The notes under the pieces are model-generated. The model made no database searches and was not told the DNA's origin. It was given only the letters and a program-made list of their open reading frames with translations. Position numbers and translations under genes: made by a program. Positions 26,728-41,087 of a stretch of 64,000 nucleotides of DNA are shown here, piece by piece. How positions within the stretch are numbered: position 1 is the stretch's first letter; each line of letters opens with the position of its first letter. The stretch covers positions 10,664,001-10,728,000 of the forward strand of contig OX597826.1 in assembly GCA_951406725.2 (NCBI GenBank), in the 5' to 3' direction. The DNA comes from Octopus vulgaris (taxonomy: Eukaryota).

Positions 26728-27659
26728 CTACAAAAAAAAAAAAAAAATCAAGCATGAAAATACAAATATAAATATAAATACAAATATACTTTCAGAAATA
26801 AATATAAATTATAAGTTACATCATATTTACTATAAACATCTGCATTCAAAAGGGGCATTCCAATTAAGGGACATTCCTTTCTATTTCTCGGCGTGAAGTG
26901 GATAAGAGATAAATCTGATAAAAACAGGCCAAGTTGAAATGTTCCACATGCTTTTCTGTTACATATAAGTTATGTCCTGGTTTCCTTATTTTACGCATGT
27001 TTGTATTTATGTGTGTAAGCAGACTTGTGGAGATATATTTCTATTTGTATGGGTGTGTCATATTTCAAAATTCTACAAGTATTCTATATTCATTCTAAAC
27101 ATGGTTGCTTTTGCTGACAATAACAGCAGACCTGTAAGCAATATAGCTTATTCCAGAATTTGGGCGGAGAAAGTGTGTCAATCAAAAGAGAAACCAAACT
27201 GAGAAACACGGTTTGATAAAGTTATTAAATTAGCATAATATATATTACTAGCAGGACCCGTGAATATTTCACAGAATGGTAAACTTATAGGGTTATTTCT
27301 GAAAATTTTATCCCAAAATCCTGAAAGCGTAGCTTGTGTCTGTCTCAAAAGATAATCACTCTTCTACTAATCATTGAAAAGTGAAGGCAATTAGAATACA
27401 ATGATTACTTAATGCACTTTATATATATATATATATATATATATACATTATATACTTTATGCACAATTTTATAAACTCCCCCTTTCTCTCTCACTCTTCG
27501 CCTTACCCACTTTCTTTCCCTCCTTTTTCTTTCACTCTTCGCATTTCCTTTCAATGAATCACATGAAAGTATTACAGATGTGCTAAATAACAGGATGGGG
27601 GTGGGGGAAACTTAGTTAAAAAAATTACATATTTCACTCAGAATGACAATGTTATATTA

Positions 27660-27974
27660 TTATTTTAATTTATACGCCCTTTTCAAGCCTAGCCAGGCTC
27701 ATGGCCCCGGTTGCCCAGTTTCTGTGGCATATGTGTTCCCCCCAGCTGGACGGGATGCCAGTCCATCGCAGCATTACTCAAGAAGCAGGAAGACAGAGTG
27801 AGAGAAAGTTGGGGTGAAAGAGTACAACAGGTGTCGCCACAACCCCCTGCCGGAGCCTCTTGGAGCTTTAGGTGTTTTCGCTTAATAAACACACACAACG
27901 TCCAGTCTGAGAATCGAAACCTCGATCCTCCAACCACAAGTCTGCTGCCCTAACCACTGGGCCATTGCGCCTCC
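27660..27974 (-). mobile_element. tRNA-derived SINE with a 14-bp TSD
   Basis: ACAATGTTATATTA at 27646-27659 and 27975-27988; head GGAGGCGCAATGGCCCAGTGGTTAGG...TTCGATTC. Confidence 0.8.
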
Positions 27975-28998
27975 ACAATGTTATATTACTGAATTCTTTA
28001 TTATTTTCAAAATTGACTTAAACAAATGCAGGCTATTTCAACTGAAATATGGAGACAAAACGGTTAAAGTGTGGAAGAAACAGTGAAATTCATTTTATCA
28101 CTGATTAATAGCTAGTTTCCCAAGAGGAAAAGTTACCAAACAAAAATGTGACATTGGAATAAGAACACAATTTGTTACTTCTCTTCATATTTTTGTTTAC
28201 ATTTTTTTTTTAGTCAAGAGAGAATGTAGTGTTATGACTCTTTACAAGGCTTCTAAGATTGATGAGAGGGAAAGTGGGAGGGAGAGAAGGAGGGAAATAT
28301 CTTCAAATAAGGAACACGGTTCAATTTCAAATGCTCACAACATTAAAAAAATTTTTTAACAATAATTGTAAACAATGACAAAAACCACAAAAATTCCAGG
28401 AACTTTTATTGCTGTATAGATTTACAAAGATTATTTGCTGTTTTATTCAAATTTACTCAATTCCTGCATGTATAAACACACACACCCTGGTGTGCCTATT
28501 TCTTTTATGAAATATCTTTTTATTTTAGAAATATTAATCCAAATGACTGAAATGTATGTTATAGGACTTTTCAGAATATTTGCTTAGACTTACAATTAGA
28601 TCATCATCATCATCATCATCGTTTAACGTCCGTTTTCCATACTAGCATGGGTTGGACGGTTTGACCGGGGTCTGGGAAGCCAGAAGGCTGCACCAGGCTC
28701 CAGTCTTATCTGGCAATGTTTCTACGGCTGGATGCCCTTCCTAACGCCAACCACTCCGTGAAAGTAGTGGGTGCTTTTTATGTGCCACCGGCTCAGGTAC
28801 CAGGGGAGGCTGGCAACAGCCATGATCGGTTGGTGCTGTTTATGTGCTACCGGCACAGGTACCAGGGGAGGCTGGCAACGGCCACGATCAGCTGGTGCTT
28901 TTTATGTGCCACCGGCACAGGTACCAGGGGAGGCTGGCAACGGCCATGATCGGTTGGCGCTTTTTACGTGCCACTGGCACGGTAAAAGAAAACAAACA

Positions 28999-29070
28999 TT
29001 CCCATGCCGGGAATCGAACCCAGGCTGCCTGGGTGAAAGCCAGGAATCCTAACCACTAGACCACATGGTG
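28999..29070 (-). tRNA. tRNA-Glu(TTC) gene or pseudogene
   Basis: Reverse complement folds into a cloverleaf: anticodon arm CCTGG-CTTTCAC-CCAGG, T loop TTCGATT, A and B boxes, downstream TTTT; the first two acceptor-stem pairs are mismatched. Confidence 0.75.
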
Positions 29071-29129
29071 TGTATAAAGACAAAAAAAAAAGCAGGGCAT
29101 ATAATAGCATAATGAAGATGTTAGACAAA

Positions 29130-29515
29130 ATACATCCATTCTGTAGGGATTAATCAATACAGTTATTTTTCTTGTCACCTGGAATAATCACTTCAGGATC
29201 ATTTTGAATCCAGAGAATCCAATAATTGCAGAAATTATAAAGAACTCTGATATTTAATCAGTAAATATGATGAAGATTTGGCAAGTCATCTTGATACAAC
29301 TTCTGTTTTCTCAGATTCCTCAAACAGAATTCAAAATGACTTCATCTATGCAGTTCAAAAAGTTACATTGAATGAAATAGAAAATGAAGTAGATTAAATT
29401 TGTAGCTACTCCTGCAGATGAAATGTCCAATTTATTGAATAAGTCACAACTGTAAACTGTTTTGCATTGTGTTACTAAAGAACTATTGACCAGTTTTAGT
29501 GATGTTAGTGCAATC
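29130..29515 (+). pseudogene. hAT (ZMYM1/DUF4371-like) transposase relic
   Basis: Manual translation ...NYKEL*YLISKYDEDLASHLDTTSVFSDSSNRIQNDFI...ADEMSNLLNKSQL, with stops and frameshifts. Confidence 0.6.
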
Positions 29516-29516
29516 T

Positions 29517-30112
29517 GAGTGATAAATCACAAACATCCAGTCAAAATCATGGTGTTTGGAGTGATCACAAGTGATGATGATGTTATGCTTCCATTCATTT
29601 TCCTACATGGCCTCAGACTCAACATGGAGGCCTACATCAAGTGCCTGGAGGAGGTAGTGCTGACCTGGGTCAAGAGGGTGGCTGCTGGACTCTGCACCAT
29701 GCCACACAAGCAGGAGAACCCAGTCATGGCTGTCAGACAATTTCTGCAACCACATCACCCCTAAAATCTGACCATCTAACTCCCCATACTGCAATCTCCT
29801 TGATTATTATGTGTGGGACATAGTTGAGTGAGAGACCAACAAAACTTCTTGTAACACCAAAGATGAACTGAAGGCAAGGATTATAATAGCATTCTCTAAC
29901 TTAAACAAGGAGATCGACCAGAAGAGTTGCAGGAGATTCTGGAGTAGTCTGGAGAATGTGGTTGAAGCTACTGGCGATTTTATTGAATAAATTTACTCTT
30001 TAGTATTTCAAGATATTTTTATGTAATTTTGGTAAATATGTCTGTTAAAATGAGATGTCAGCATTATTTTTGCTTTTGCGTAATTTAGATGACAGTTTAT
30101 TCACCGCACCAC
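29517..30112 (+). pseudogene. Tc1/mariner-superfamily (maT/DD37D-like) transposase 3' fragment
   Basis: KHPVKIMVFGVITSD...AYIKCLEEVVLTW followed by a degraded PNSPxxNxLDY motif. Confidence 0.7.
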
Positions 30113-30692
30113 ACCCTCCCTCCCTCCCTACCAACATATACATATATCATCATCATCATCATCATTTAGCGTCCGTTTTCCATGCTAGCATGGGTTGGAC
30201 GGTTCAACTGGGGTCTGTGAAGCCAGGAGGCTGCACCAGGCTCCAGTCTGATCTGGCAGTGTTTCTACGGCTGGATGCCCTTCCTAATGCCAACCACTCC
30301 GTGAGTGTAGTGGGTGCTTTTTACGTGCCACCCGCACAGGTGCCAGACAGATATATATCGATATATATTGGCATGATAGATTGTTAGCCACTACGCACAT
30401 TTTTTTCTCTCCTTGTTTTTTCTGTGTCCCTTTCTGTAGAAGAGCGTAGGCTTGAAACATAAAAGACTTTTTCTATTCCTGGGTGTCATACTAATACATC
30501 TTTGTATTGTACACCACCTGTCTTCGTCCTTTGTTTTTTTCGTAAACTCTTCCTATATATATGTATATAAAATATGTGCAAATATGTTTGTGGACATTGT
30601 GGTCAATGAAACATGTGAAAAGATGTTATAATTTAATAATTCCACAGTGTATTCTTCTTTCTTGTAGTGTGTGTATGTGTGTGTGTGTTTTC

Positions 30693-30917
30693 ATGAGCTG
30701 GCAGAATCATTAGCACGCCGGGCGAAATGCATAGCCGTATTTCGTCTGTCGCTACGTTCCGAGTTCAAATTCCGCCGAGGTCGACTTTGCCTTTCATCCT
30801 TTCAAGGTCGATAAATTAAGTACCAGTTACGCACTGGGGTCGATGTAATCGACTTAATCCCTTTGTCTGTCGTTGTTTGTCCCCTCTGTGTTTAGCCCCT
30901 TGTGGGTAGTAAAGAAA
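30693..30917 (+). mobile_element. Second SINE family with Deu/Nin-like core; copies at about 36503-36680, 46095-46322, 54747-54969, 58788-59017, 2236-2408(-)
   Basis: GAGTTCAAAT B box, then GCCTTTCATCCTTTCxxGGTCGATAAATTAAGTACCAG core. Confidence 0.7.
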
Positions 30918-31844
30918 TATATATATATACATAGTATTTGAATATGAGCTACTAAAGTTTTCTTCAGACTCATTGTGGCATGGCTGTATATGTGTTCTGT
31001 TATTTGGTAAAAGAAACTGGTTGTTGTCAAACTTGGAGTAGGTTTAACTTCCAGAAGATACCTATAGTTTACATCTGTACTCAAACAACTCCATCAATGT
31101 TAGGGGTTTCTCTCTAAGAGAGAGAGAAATGAATAAAGAAAAATATACAAGAAAAGAAATAAAGAATGAGATTTAACCCTTCAGTATTTAAACCAGTCAT
31201 ATCTGGCCAAAATATTCTACCTATTTTATGTTCAAATTAACTTGATTTGACCTCTCACACCCACCCAACCATGTCGCTCTAAAAATAAACAATCACATCA
31301 TCAAAGTCTCAAAACTATGAGATAATGTGTGATTAATTCAAAGAAACATGAATAAATAAGTATTATATTTAACTGAGTGATATGAATGCTAAAAGAGATA
31401 GAGTGAAAAATAATGAAACAGAAAGAGCAAAAGTAGGATATGATAAAAACAGAAAGAGAGAAGGAAATACTAAAAAAAAACAATAAAAAAATAGAAAGCA
31501 AGGAGTGTCCATTTGTTGAATGTTCTGACTTATTGGAACACAATATAAAGGGAAGCTGTATAAAATATTTATACTCTTTTCTTTTCTCTCTTACTATAAC
31601 TTCTACAAAACTTACAATTTAACACTTAAAAGTTTAGCATATATTAAAACATGATTATTTATTTATTTATTGTATTTTGTGAATCCAAACCCAAGTGAAC
31701 TTCTTGACCCACACTGTCCTGACTTCACAAAAATATTTAGCATTTCCCACACTGTGAACAGATCAAACTTTCTCTTCCAATTCAGTTTGTTAAGTACCTT
31801 TGAACCAAAAAACTGAACTACTTTGAAAAGAGAGATAGAGATAG

Positions 31845-31878
<34 letters not shown>

Positions 31879-32929
31879 AAGGGGGGGGGAACACAATTTC
31901 CTATTATATTATTTCAAGTGTTTTACAGCATATGCTGGTGCGATTTGGACAAAAAATTTTTTGTATTAAAAACAAAGTGATACAACTCTCACGTTTGTGT
32001 GCACCAAACCTTTTCATCATCATCATCATCGTTGTTTAACGTCCGTTTTCTGTGCTAGCACGGGTTGGACGGTTCGACAGGGGTCTGGGAAGCCAGGAGG
32101 CTGCACCAGGCTCCAGTCTATGTAAGTTTATTTAAAAAAATAAATTTTGATAAATTTCTGGGATTAAAATTAAGGAAATGAAAAATGTTTATGAAAAACA
32201 AACTATATCTTGCAGTATATTTCATTTGATACTTAAAATCTGTGAATATTTAAACATTTGGGAATCACGAGCACTATAGTTGTCACGGGTTCAAAAAGAT
32301 TAACCCTTACTTTAGAAGGAAAAATGACATTAAAATTTTTCCTTCTAAAATTTTAAGAAAATAAAAATAAGAAAAAATTGGAAATTTTATCAGTAAGTTT
32401 GTTACCTTATAAGGCACAAAAAGAAAATGACTCTCCCCAGACTCTCAAACAGAATATGCTTCAACACACGAACTCACATAAAGAATCTTGCAAACCAAAT
32501 CCAAAAATGAAATAACTTTAATCCTTTCGTTACTGTATTTATTTTGAGACGCTCTGTGTTTCTTTCAATTACTTTAAATATAACAAAGAATTTAGTAAAA
32601 TAACTTTGTTATCATTGAACTAGTGTTAGGAACATGAATTGTGACTAAGGTTTGGTGGAAGATTTTAATTCAAAACTTTTGAAAACAAGACATTTTTACT
32701 CAGAGCCAGAGGCGGTTTCAGCCGGGTTGGTATTGAAAGGGTTAAAATGTTTGTTGTATTTTAATATTTAACATGTAAAATCAGTAAGAATTGTATTGAA
32801 TTCCTCATGTTGCTATATTCTTTATATTCCAGCAACTTGAACATAGATCCTGATAGTTTGTTTTTCTCAACAACAAAAATTGGTAGGCTTGTATTTAGTT
32901 AGCTAGTGCATCTACTTCACTAACAGATG

Positions 32930-35105
32930 AACATTTTGTTCCATTAACAAGGATGGCTCCAAGAGCTGTCACAGAGAAGCTTACTAGCTGGTGTAAGTGG
33001 ATGGAACCCAGTTTACACAATTCCAGAGACAGAGTATCCTAAAGGAGGTTTCAAAAGTCAGTGTTTCTGGCAGTTGTCCTGACATTGGTAGCCACAAAAG
33101 ACATAGTAACAAAAAAATAGCAGACCATTTAAGAAGCATTAATTTAGACCTTTTCTTTTACTGGAAACTCAAATAACGTCACACAAAGAGCAACCAGCTC
33201 AACACTCATGCTTCCAACTAGCAAAGCTACAGCCAAGTTCACACAAGAAATATTGTGTACTCTCGACTACCTTTCAACAAAAACTCAAATAACTGGTCTG
33301 TGGTATCAGCCATTGATGAAATGAGCTCAAACTCAGCCACAGGGCCCTGATAGATGCCCTGCAATTCTAAAGAAATGCAAAGGGGATGGCCTGAAGGCCT
33401 TTCTGCCCCAGGAATGGCACGTTGCAAACAAGGACTGGTGAAGTCTCTCCTGAACCCCATCAACACTTTGTACATGGAACAAATAGTGCTCCAACCAACC
33501 AACCAACCAACCAACCAGGGTAGGTAATATACTGGGTCCCTGCTTCACAAATAATATGGATCTCATTCATAATGTGAAAGTAACACCAACGCTACTCTTG
33601 GATCACAATTTAGTAGAGCTGACCATGTATGGACATGCAGCCTACAAGAAACTCTCAGAATCTTTCCAGCTTGAACTTCCATAAGGTAAACTGGAAACAA
33701 ATTGAGAAAGAGATCCTCAAATAAAACTGGCCTAAATGTCTCTCCTCACCGGACATCATCGTGAAACTTCAACAATTCATGTCTGTAATGAAAGCCATAT
33801 GCTACAAATGTGTTCTGGAGAGAAAGGCAACTGTACACAAGAACAAAATCTCCAGGGAGAGGAAAATTCTTATGAGAAGGTGTACAAAAGTTTCAAATCG
33901 CCTAAACAAACAAATTGAAAGCAGTGAAAAGTCCCACCTGAAAATACAACTACTGGAGATTGAACAAAATCTGCAACTCTCCCATGAAAAAGAAAGGGCA
34001 GACAAAAAAGTCTGGACTATAGACAATATAAAATCTAACCCCAGCACCTACTACAAATATGTCAAAGAAACAGCCTCAGTGCACTGCAGGGTAGGGCCAC
34101 TCCTTGAAAAAGATGGTTCACTCACAGGAAACTCAATGAAGGTAAGTGAAATGCTAAATGAGCAATTCAAAAGTGTTTTCACTTCACCCCTAGGACACTT
34201 GCAAATCAGCAATCCAGCTGACTTTTTTACCATTCCAGATATAAAAACAGAGGCAATGATGATCGATTACATCAATATAAAGGAAGATGATGTAATAAGG
34301 GCTATAGATGAGATGAACCCAAACTCAGAGGTACAGTCAGTGCGAGACCTGGGCATTTACATGAATAATGATGCATCCTTTCATGTGCATGTTGCTAAAT
34401 TGGCAATGAAATGCAGGTGGCTGACTGGATTGATTCTAAGAACTTTTAGAACAAGAGACCAGGAGACCATGATGGTCCTCTGGAGGACACTTGTCCTAAG
34501 CCACTTTGACTATTGCTCTCAGCTATGGTCACTAACCAATGTCAAATTAATCTCAGGACTTGAGGCAATCCAACGAAGCTACACAAAGAAGATAGCCTCT
34601 GGGCAGCATATAAGCTATTGGGAAAGACTCGAGATTAAAACTCTATTCCTTAGAGCGTAGGCGAGAAAGATATGCCATAATATACATCTGGAAGATCCTG
34701 GAAGGACTTGCCCCAAACTTTGGCATTGAGAGTTACACAAATACTAGAACTGGGTGCCACTGCAAGGTGCCAAGGACTCCAAATTTGCCATCAAGATGTA
34801 GGACAAGATACTGCAATAGCCTGGGCTTCAGTGGTCCACAGCTCTTCAATATCCTCTTGAAGGACCTGAGAGACCTGCATGGGGTAGATGTAGGTGTCTT
34901 CAAAATAAAGCTGGACCTCTTCCTGTCAAGTATCCCAGATGAACCAACTTCGTGGCAGTAGGTGCAGATGAGGGTAGCTGCATCAAACTCTCTCATGCAC
35001 CAAATCTCATTAAAAAGCATTCGTGAAGTAAAATTATGTAGCAACACCAAATGGCGGTGCCTCAGCATGGACACAGCTCGTGAGCAGAAACTAGATAAAA
35101 TAAAA
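32930..35105 (+). mobile_element. Degenerate CR1-clade LINE with an internally deleted ORF2/RT
   Basis: ORF 33761-34660 has VRDLGIYM, ILRTF and SHFDYCSQLWS..LEAIQRSYTKKI; downstream LFN-L...FK-KLD-FL C-terminus. Confidence 0.85.
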
Positions 35106-36228
35106 ACAATATATATATATATATATATATACATATGCATAAATGTATATATGTACATAAATATATATATATACATATAAACAGCTGAGTGGTAAGTAGC
35201 TTTCTTACCAACCACATAGTTCTGGGTTCAGTCCCACTGCGTGGCATCTTGGGCAAGTGTCTTCTACTATAGCGTCGGGCAGACCAAAACCTTGTGAGTG
35301 GATTTGGTAGACGGAAGCTGAAAGAAGCCCGTCGTATATATGTATATATATTTATATATATATATGTATGTGTGTGTGTATATGTTTGTGTGTCTGTGTT
35401 TGTCCCCCCCCCCCAAACATCGCTTGACAACCGATGCTGGTGTGTTTATGTCCCTGTAACTTAGCGGTTCGGCTAAAGGGACCGATAGAATATGTACTAG
35501 GCTTCCAAAGAATAATTCCTGGGTTCGATCTGCTCGACTTACGGCGGTGCTCCAGCATGGCCACAGTCAAATGACTGAAACAAGTAAAAGAGTAAAAGAG
35601 TTAGAACATAAAGACAGCTGAAATGCTGCTAAGCTTGTTGCCTGGATTGTTAGCAATTCTGCCAGCTCACTGCCTAGAAGCAAAGAAGGCAGACTAGTTG
35701 ATTGGTCCAGAAAGTGATGATGCAGGCATGTTTGCTGATGAGATGCCAGAATCTCTGAGTGGACAAACAGTTGCTATGCTATTTTATCCAGTAAGTAGGT
35801 TACTATAAAAAAAGCAGCATGGGGTATTCACCAATTCGCAACAAGATTTTAATTTCCAAACAGGAAGTTGCAATATCTAACAAAACTTCTGTGATAAGAA
35901 CATGAGATGCTTAGATAGTCTACAAAGCAAGAACTTTAGTGGTGTTAGGAAAACTACACACTTCACTAATCTTTCTCTTTCCTCTCTCCCTTCTCCACCA
36001 ATTCCTCTCCCTTACACTCATATATTATTACTCTCTCTTTACTCTTTTACTTGTTTCAGTCATTTGACTTCGGCCATGCTGGAGCACTGCCTTTAGTCGA
36101 GCAAATCGACCCCGGGACTTATTCTTTGTAAGCCCAGTACTTATTCTATCGGTCCCTTTTGCTGAACCGCTAAGTGACGGGGACGTAAACACACCAGCAT
36201 CGGTTGTCAAGCAATGCTAGCGGGACAA

Positions 36229-36290
<62 letters not shown>

Positions 36291-36461
36291 GACAGGCTTC
36301 TTTCAGTTTCTGCCTACCAAATCCACTCACAAGGCATTGGTCGGCCCAGGGCTATAGTAGAAGACCCTTGCCCAAGATGCCACGCAGTGGGACTGAACCC
36401 GGAACCATGTGGTTGGTAAGCAAGCTACTTACCACACAGCCACTCCTGCACCTATTATTAC

Positions 36462-36497
<36 letters not shown>

Positions 36498-37227
36498 AAC
36501 AGTGAGCTGGTGGAATCATTAGCACACAGAACGAAATGCTTAGCAGTATTTCGCCCGTTGCTATGTTCTGGGTTCAAATTCTGCTGAGGTTGACTTTGCT
36601 TTTCATCCTTTCTGGGTCAACAAAATAAATACCACCGGAACACTGGAATCGATGTAATTGACTCACCCCTTCCCCTCAAATTTTGCCACAAGAGCACCTC
36701 ATTTTTCTGAACCAAAATAAGGTATTTGCAGCATATTAGGAGGTCAGTGTACTTGATTCTATGCAAAAAAATCAAATTTTTCTTAGTGGAAATTTACCAT
36801 AATGTTGTTATTTAGCCTCAAATAAACCATGATGCTGCAAACGTGGCATCAAAGACATTCCAGCCTTCAGCAAACCGTCTTTTTGGGGATAATCTTGGAC
36901 TTTACATACAATAGGTGTGTGATTTAGGTAGGGGGATACTTTGGTTGCTATTTTTAGCATGTCGAGTGACCAGGTAGAGGCTCTTTCATTGGTTCGATTG
37001 CGCGATGAGATTTTTTACACATATATGTAATATGTATATATATCATTGGCAGAAGTTAGAGAGTAAGTCAAAAGCTGAGAGTTCCATGTATTGGCACTTA
37101 TCAAACAGACTTTGCCTTTCATCCTTTTTGGGAGTCAATGAGATAAGTACTAATGACACACTGGGGTCAATGCAATTGACTAGTACCCTCCCCCAAAATT
37201 TCAGGCTTCGTGCTTTTAGTAGAAAGG

Positions 37228-37263
<36 letters not shown>

Positions 37264-37739
37264 GAGAAGAAGAAGACAACAACAACAGCAGATGGCAGAA
37301 ATAATTATGTTACTGGCAAATTTCTTTGCATAGTATTTAGTTGTATACTTATTTTTTCTGGGTTCAAACTTTTCCAAAGCCAACATTGACTTTTATCCTT
37401 CAATAACTCATAAAATAATTACTGGAGGTAATTGCTTACAGCTGTCCTTCATCAGATGTCATCAGATGCCATACAAAGGTAATATTCAGAAAAATTATAA
37501 TCCTATTAATAACAATCTTAGTCATGTAAAAACTCCCACATAGGTGTGGAGGATAGTGGACTGTTGATGTGAACTGAGTTTCAAACTCAATAAAGTTGTC
37601 TAGAATATTGATCAAAAGAAGGTGGGCAATTAGTAAACCTTCTACAGTTATTCAAATCTGTATTAGTATATTTAATGGAAGGAGTAACAATACAATTAAC
37701 AGGAAATAAAGTGGGGGGAAGAAAACAACTGATTGTTTT

Positions 37740-39100
37740 TCTAGAGGAATTTAAGACAGGCTGCACCTGGGAGCTCCTCTATGCTGATGACCTTACTCTC
37801 ATTGCGGAATCACTTCCAGACCTAGAGAAGAAGTTCCAGGTATGAAAGCAAAGTCTAGAATCGAAGAGCCTTACAGTTAATCTAGCAAAAACCAAAGTTT
37901 TAGTAAGTAGGAAGGTAGACAAATCACAAATCCCTTCAGGTAGATGGCCCAGCTCGATCTGTAAAAAAGCATAGGTAGAAACTCCATAAGATGCACCCGG
38001 TGTAAGCTATGGACACATAAAAGATGCAGTAATATCAGAGGAAGGTTAACAGGGAAACTAGCTTTTGTATGTGGAAGATGCACAGTATAATAAATGCTGA
38101 AAATGTGCAGAAAATAGACTCCATTAACTCCCAAGAGGACAAACTAGAGGTAGTAGATAGCTTCCGTTATTTAGGTGACCAAGTTAGTAGTGGAAGTGGA
38201 TGTCCTGAGAGTATAGCTACGAGAATAATAATAAACTGGGCAAAGTTCAGAGCTCCTATCTCTGCTGGCAACAAAAGGGTGCTCTCTCAGAGTGAAAGGC
38301 TGATTGTTTGATGTCTGTGTGCGAACAGCTATGCTACATGGCAGTGAAACATGGGCTGTGACAGCTGAGGACGTGTGTAGGCTTTGAAAGAAATGAAGCC
38401 AGTATGCTTCATTGACTGTGCAATGTCAATGTGCATGTTCGACAGAGTGTAAGCATCTTGAGAGAAAAGTTAGGCATAAGAGACATCAGATGTGGTGTGC
38501 AAGAGAGACAGCTGTGCTGATATGGTTATGAGGTATGGATGGATGAGGACAGCTGTGTAAATAAGTGCCAATCTCTAACTGTGGAGGGAACCTGTGGTAG
38601 AGGTACACCCAGGAAGACATGGTACGAGGTGAAGCATGATCTTTGGGCCTCACAGAGGTGATGACTAGTGACTGAGACTAGTGACTGAGACCTTTGGCGA
38701 TATGCTGTGCTTGAGAAGACCTGTCAAGTCAAGTGAAATCATAGTCATAGCTGATGCTGGTGCCAAGTAATTGGCACATAAAAAGCACCATTCAAGCATT
38801 GGGCCCCATGGAAGCAATGTGGCTGAGCTCCTTTCAAGTGTTGGGCCTCAAGGAGAGGATGACCGTGACCTTTGGCATTACATTGTGCTTAGGAAGAAGA
38901 CCCATCAAGCCAAGTAAAATCACAGTCATGGCAGATACTGATGTCACGCAAATGGCACGCATGCTGGTGTCATGTAACTGGCACCCGTGCCAGTGGCACA
39001 TAAAGGCCACCTTTTCAATGTTGGGCCTCATGGAGGCAAAGTCGCTGAGTTCCTTTCAAGTGTTGGGCCTCATGGAGGCGAAGTAGTTGAACTCCTTTTG
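37740..39100 (+). mobile_element. Degenerate RTE-clade LINE fragment
   Basis: ELLYADDL RT motif near 37770; FRYLGDQV; multiple stops and frameshifts. Confidence 0.85.
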
Positions 39101-39104
39101 AGTG

Positions 39105-39777
39105 TTGGTACTCTGAGTTTCAAGCTTGATGCCAATCTTCAGCCATTTTGAATTTGAATGAAAGTAGTTGATTGTTATTACTGTAAGGTGGGCTGTGATT
39201 GGCCGGGGAAGGTCATGTGGTGTTGTGGTTTGATGTTGGTATAATTGTATAACCATATATCAGTCAGTTGGAAAACATGGTGAACAGGAAATCGGTCAGG
39301 TTGTTGGAGGGGGGGTAGGAAGGGGTGATATGTGCAAATATATAGTTATTTATGTGGGTGTGTGGATGCGCTCATATGGTTTTGCATGCATATCTGTACT
39401 GATGCGAGCATGCATGTCTGTACTGATGTGAGTGCACCCATGTACAGATGCACACACTCGCATCAATACAGACATGCATGCAAAACCATATGAGCATGTC
39501 CACACACCCACATATATAACTATATACTTACGCATATAGCCCCTTCAACAACCTGACCGATTTCCTGTCCACCATGTGGTTGATTTTCTGCTCGCCGTGT
39601 TTTCCAACTGTGGTCACTTACATATGGTTATACAGTTATACTAACATCAAACCACAACACCATGTGACATTCCTCGACCAATCACTGCCCACCTTACATT
39701 AATAACATTCAACTTCTTTCATTCAAATTCAAAATGGCTGAAGATTAGCATCACACTTGAAACTCCCAGAGTACCAA
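39105..39777. repeat. Diverged fold-back palindrome of about 670 bp with terminal hammerhead-like motifs (Penelope-like)
   Basis: Arms are reverse complements; TGG-CTGAAGA...GAAACTCCCAGAGTA-CCA at 39735-39776 and its mirror at 39106-39145. Confidence 0.7.
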
Positions 39778-40628
39778 TGAATTTGAATCAAACTGTTTTG
39801 ATCCATACATATAACTCCTAATAAATGTGTTATGTGCCAGTCTTTCATTTGTCTGCATGCATACATACATACATATATACATACATACATACATATGTTC
39901 ATGCATGCATGCATGCACATCAGGTTGTATCAAAAGTTTCAGATTTCCATTGATGAATTTTGGCAATGTATATCTACATTTTATATTATTAGTTTGATAC
40001 AACTTGTCAAATCATTGTTCATTCTTTATTTTCATATATAACATAGAAACATTAATTACTTATTTTACAGCTTTGATAATGTGTGGTGAAAAAATTGCAA
40101 TTAGAGCCATTTTATGCTATCTGTGGAAATATGGAGCAAATGCAAGGGTAGAGGTAAAAGATATTAGGGATGTTGTGTAACTGTAAAAATGCAGAATTAT
40201 CGGAGTAATGGGTATTCAACAAAGTATGTATGTATAGAAATGTATGAATGAAGTCTTTAATGTTTAAGATTCAAATTAAGGAAGTGCAATAATAATGTTA
40301 ACAGTTCAAAACTGTGAGTAGTGAAATGCAGAATTAGGTTGGCTGATCGTGAGAATCAAATATTGATCACTTCGCTAAAAACTGCAGGTGGTATGGGTTA
40401 TTTCCCTTGGGTTGTTTAAATAAAATATTAGTAATATATAGTAGATAGGAGGAGCCATATTATTGATTTTTTTTCAACAAACTGAGTATGTTATGAGGTT
40501 TCCAGACATGAGTTCTACTCACGTGTCATGTTTCATCAAAATCAATAAAACGATGTTGGAGCAGTTAGCTAACAATGTCACAAACAAACACACTCTGATT
40601 TTCCACATAAGTAGTAGATATACATACA

Positions 40629-40669
<41 letters not shown>

Positions 40670-41051
40670 CATTCAAGAGTTATTCCTTTCTAACCAGTAT
40701 AAAACTGAAGAAACCAGGAGTACCAAAAATGTGTGATAGTGGTCACTATAGTAAAAATTGTAGAAGTAATAGTAGTAGTAGGACAGCAAAGTATGGAAGT
40801 GAAATGAGCTGTGACCAATAGCTGACAATTGCAAAAACCTATAAGTAATAATAATAATAATAATACATAGCTGTAATTATAAGTGCCTGACAGTCGAATG
40901 AAATGAAATGCAAAGATAAATCAATAGATATATAAAACATTTTGAGGGTAGTGGTGGTGAGGAAGGAGAGAGAGAGAGAGGGAGAAAGTCAAAGAAACTA
41001 CATTGCCAAGGAGACAGGACATTATTGAAAGACTGTGTACAGATGTGGTGG

Positions 41052-41087
<36 letters not shown>

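Noticed and set aside
35711-35790. Possible plus-strand exon ending TATCCA|GTAAGT
   Set aside because: Weak acceptor, no recognisable domain, no partner exons
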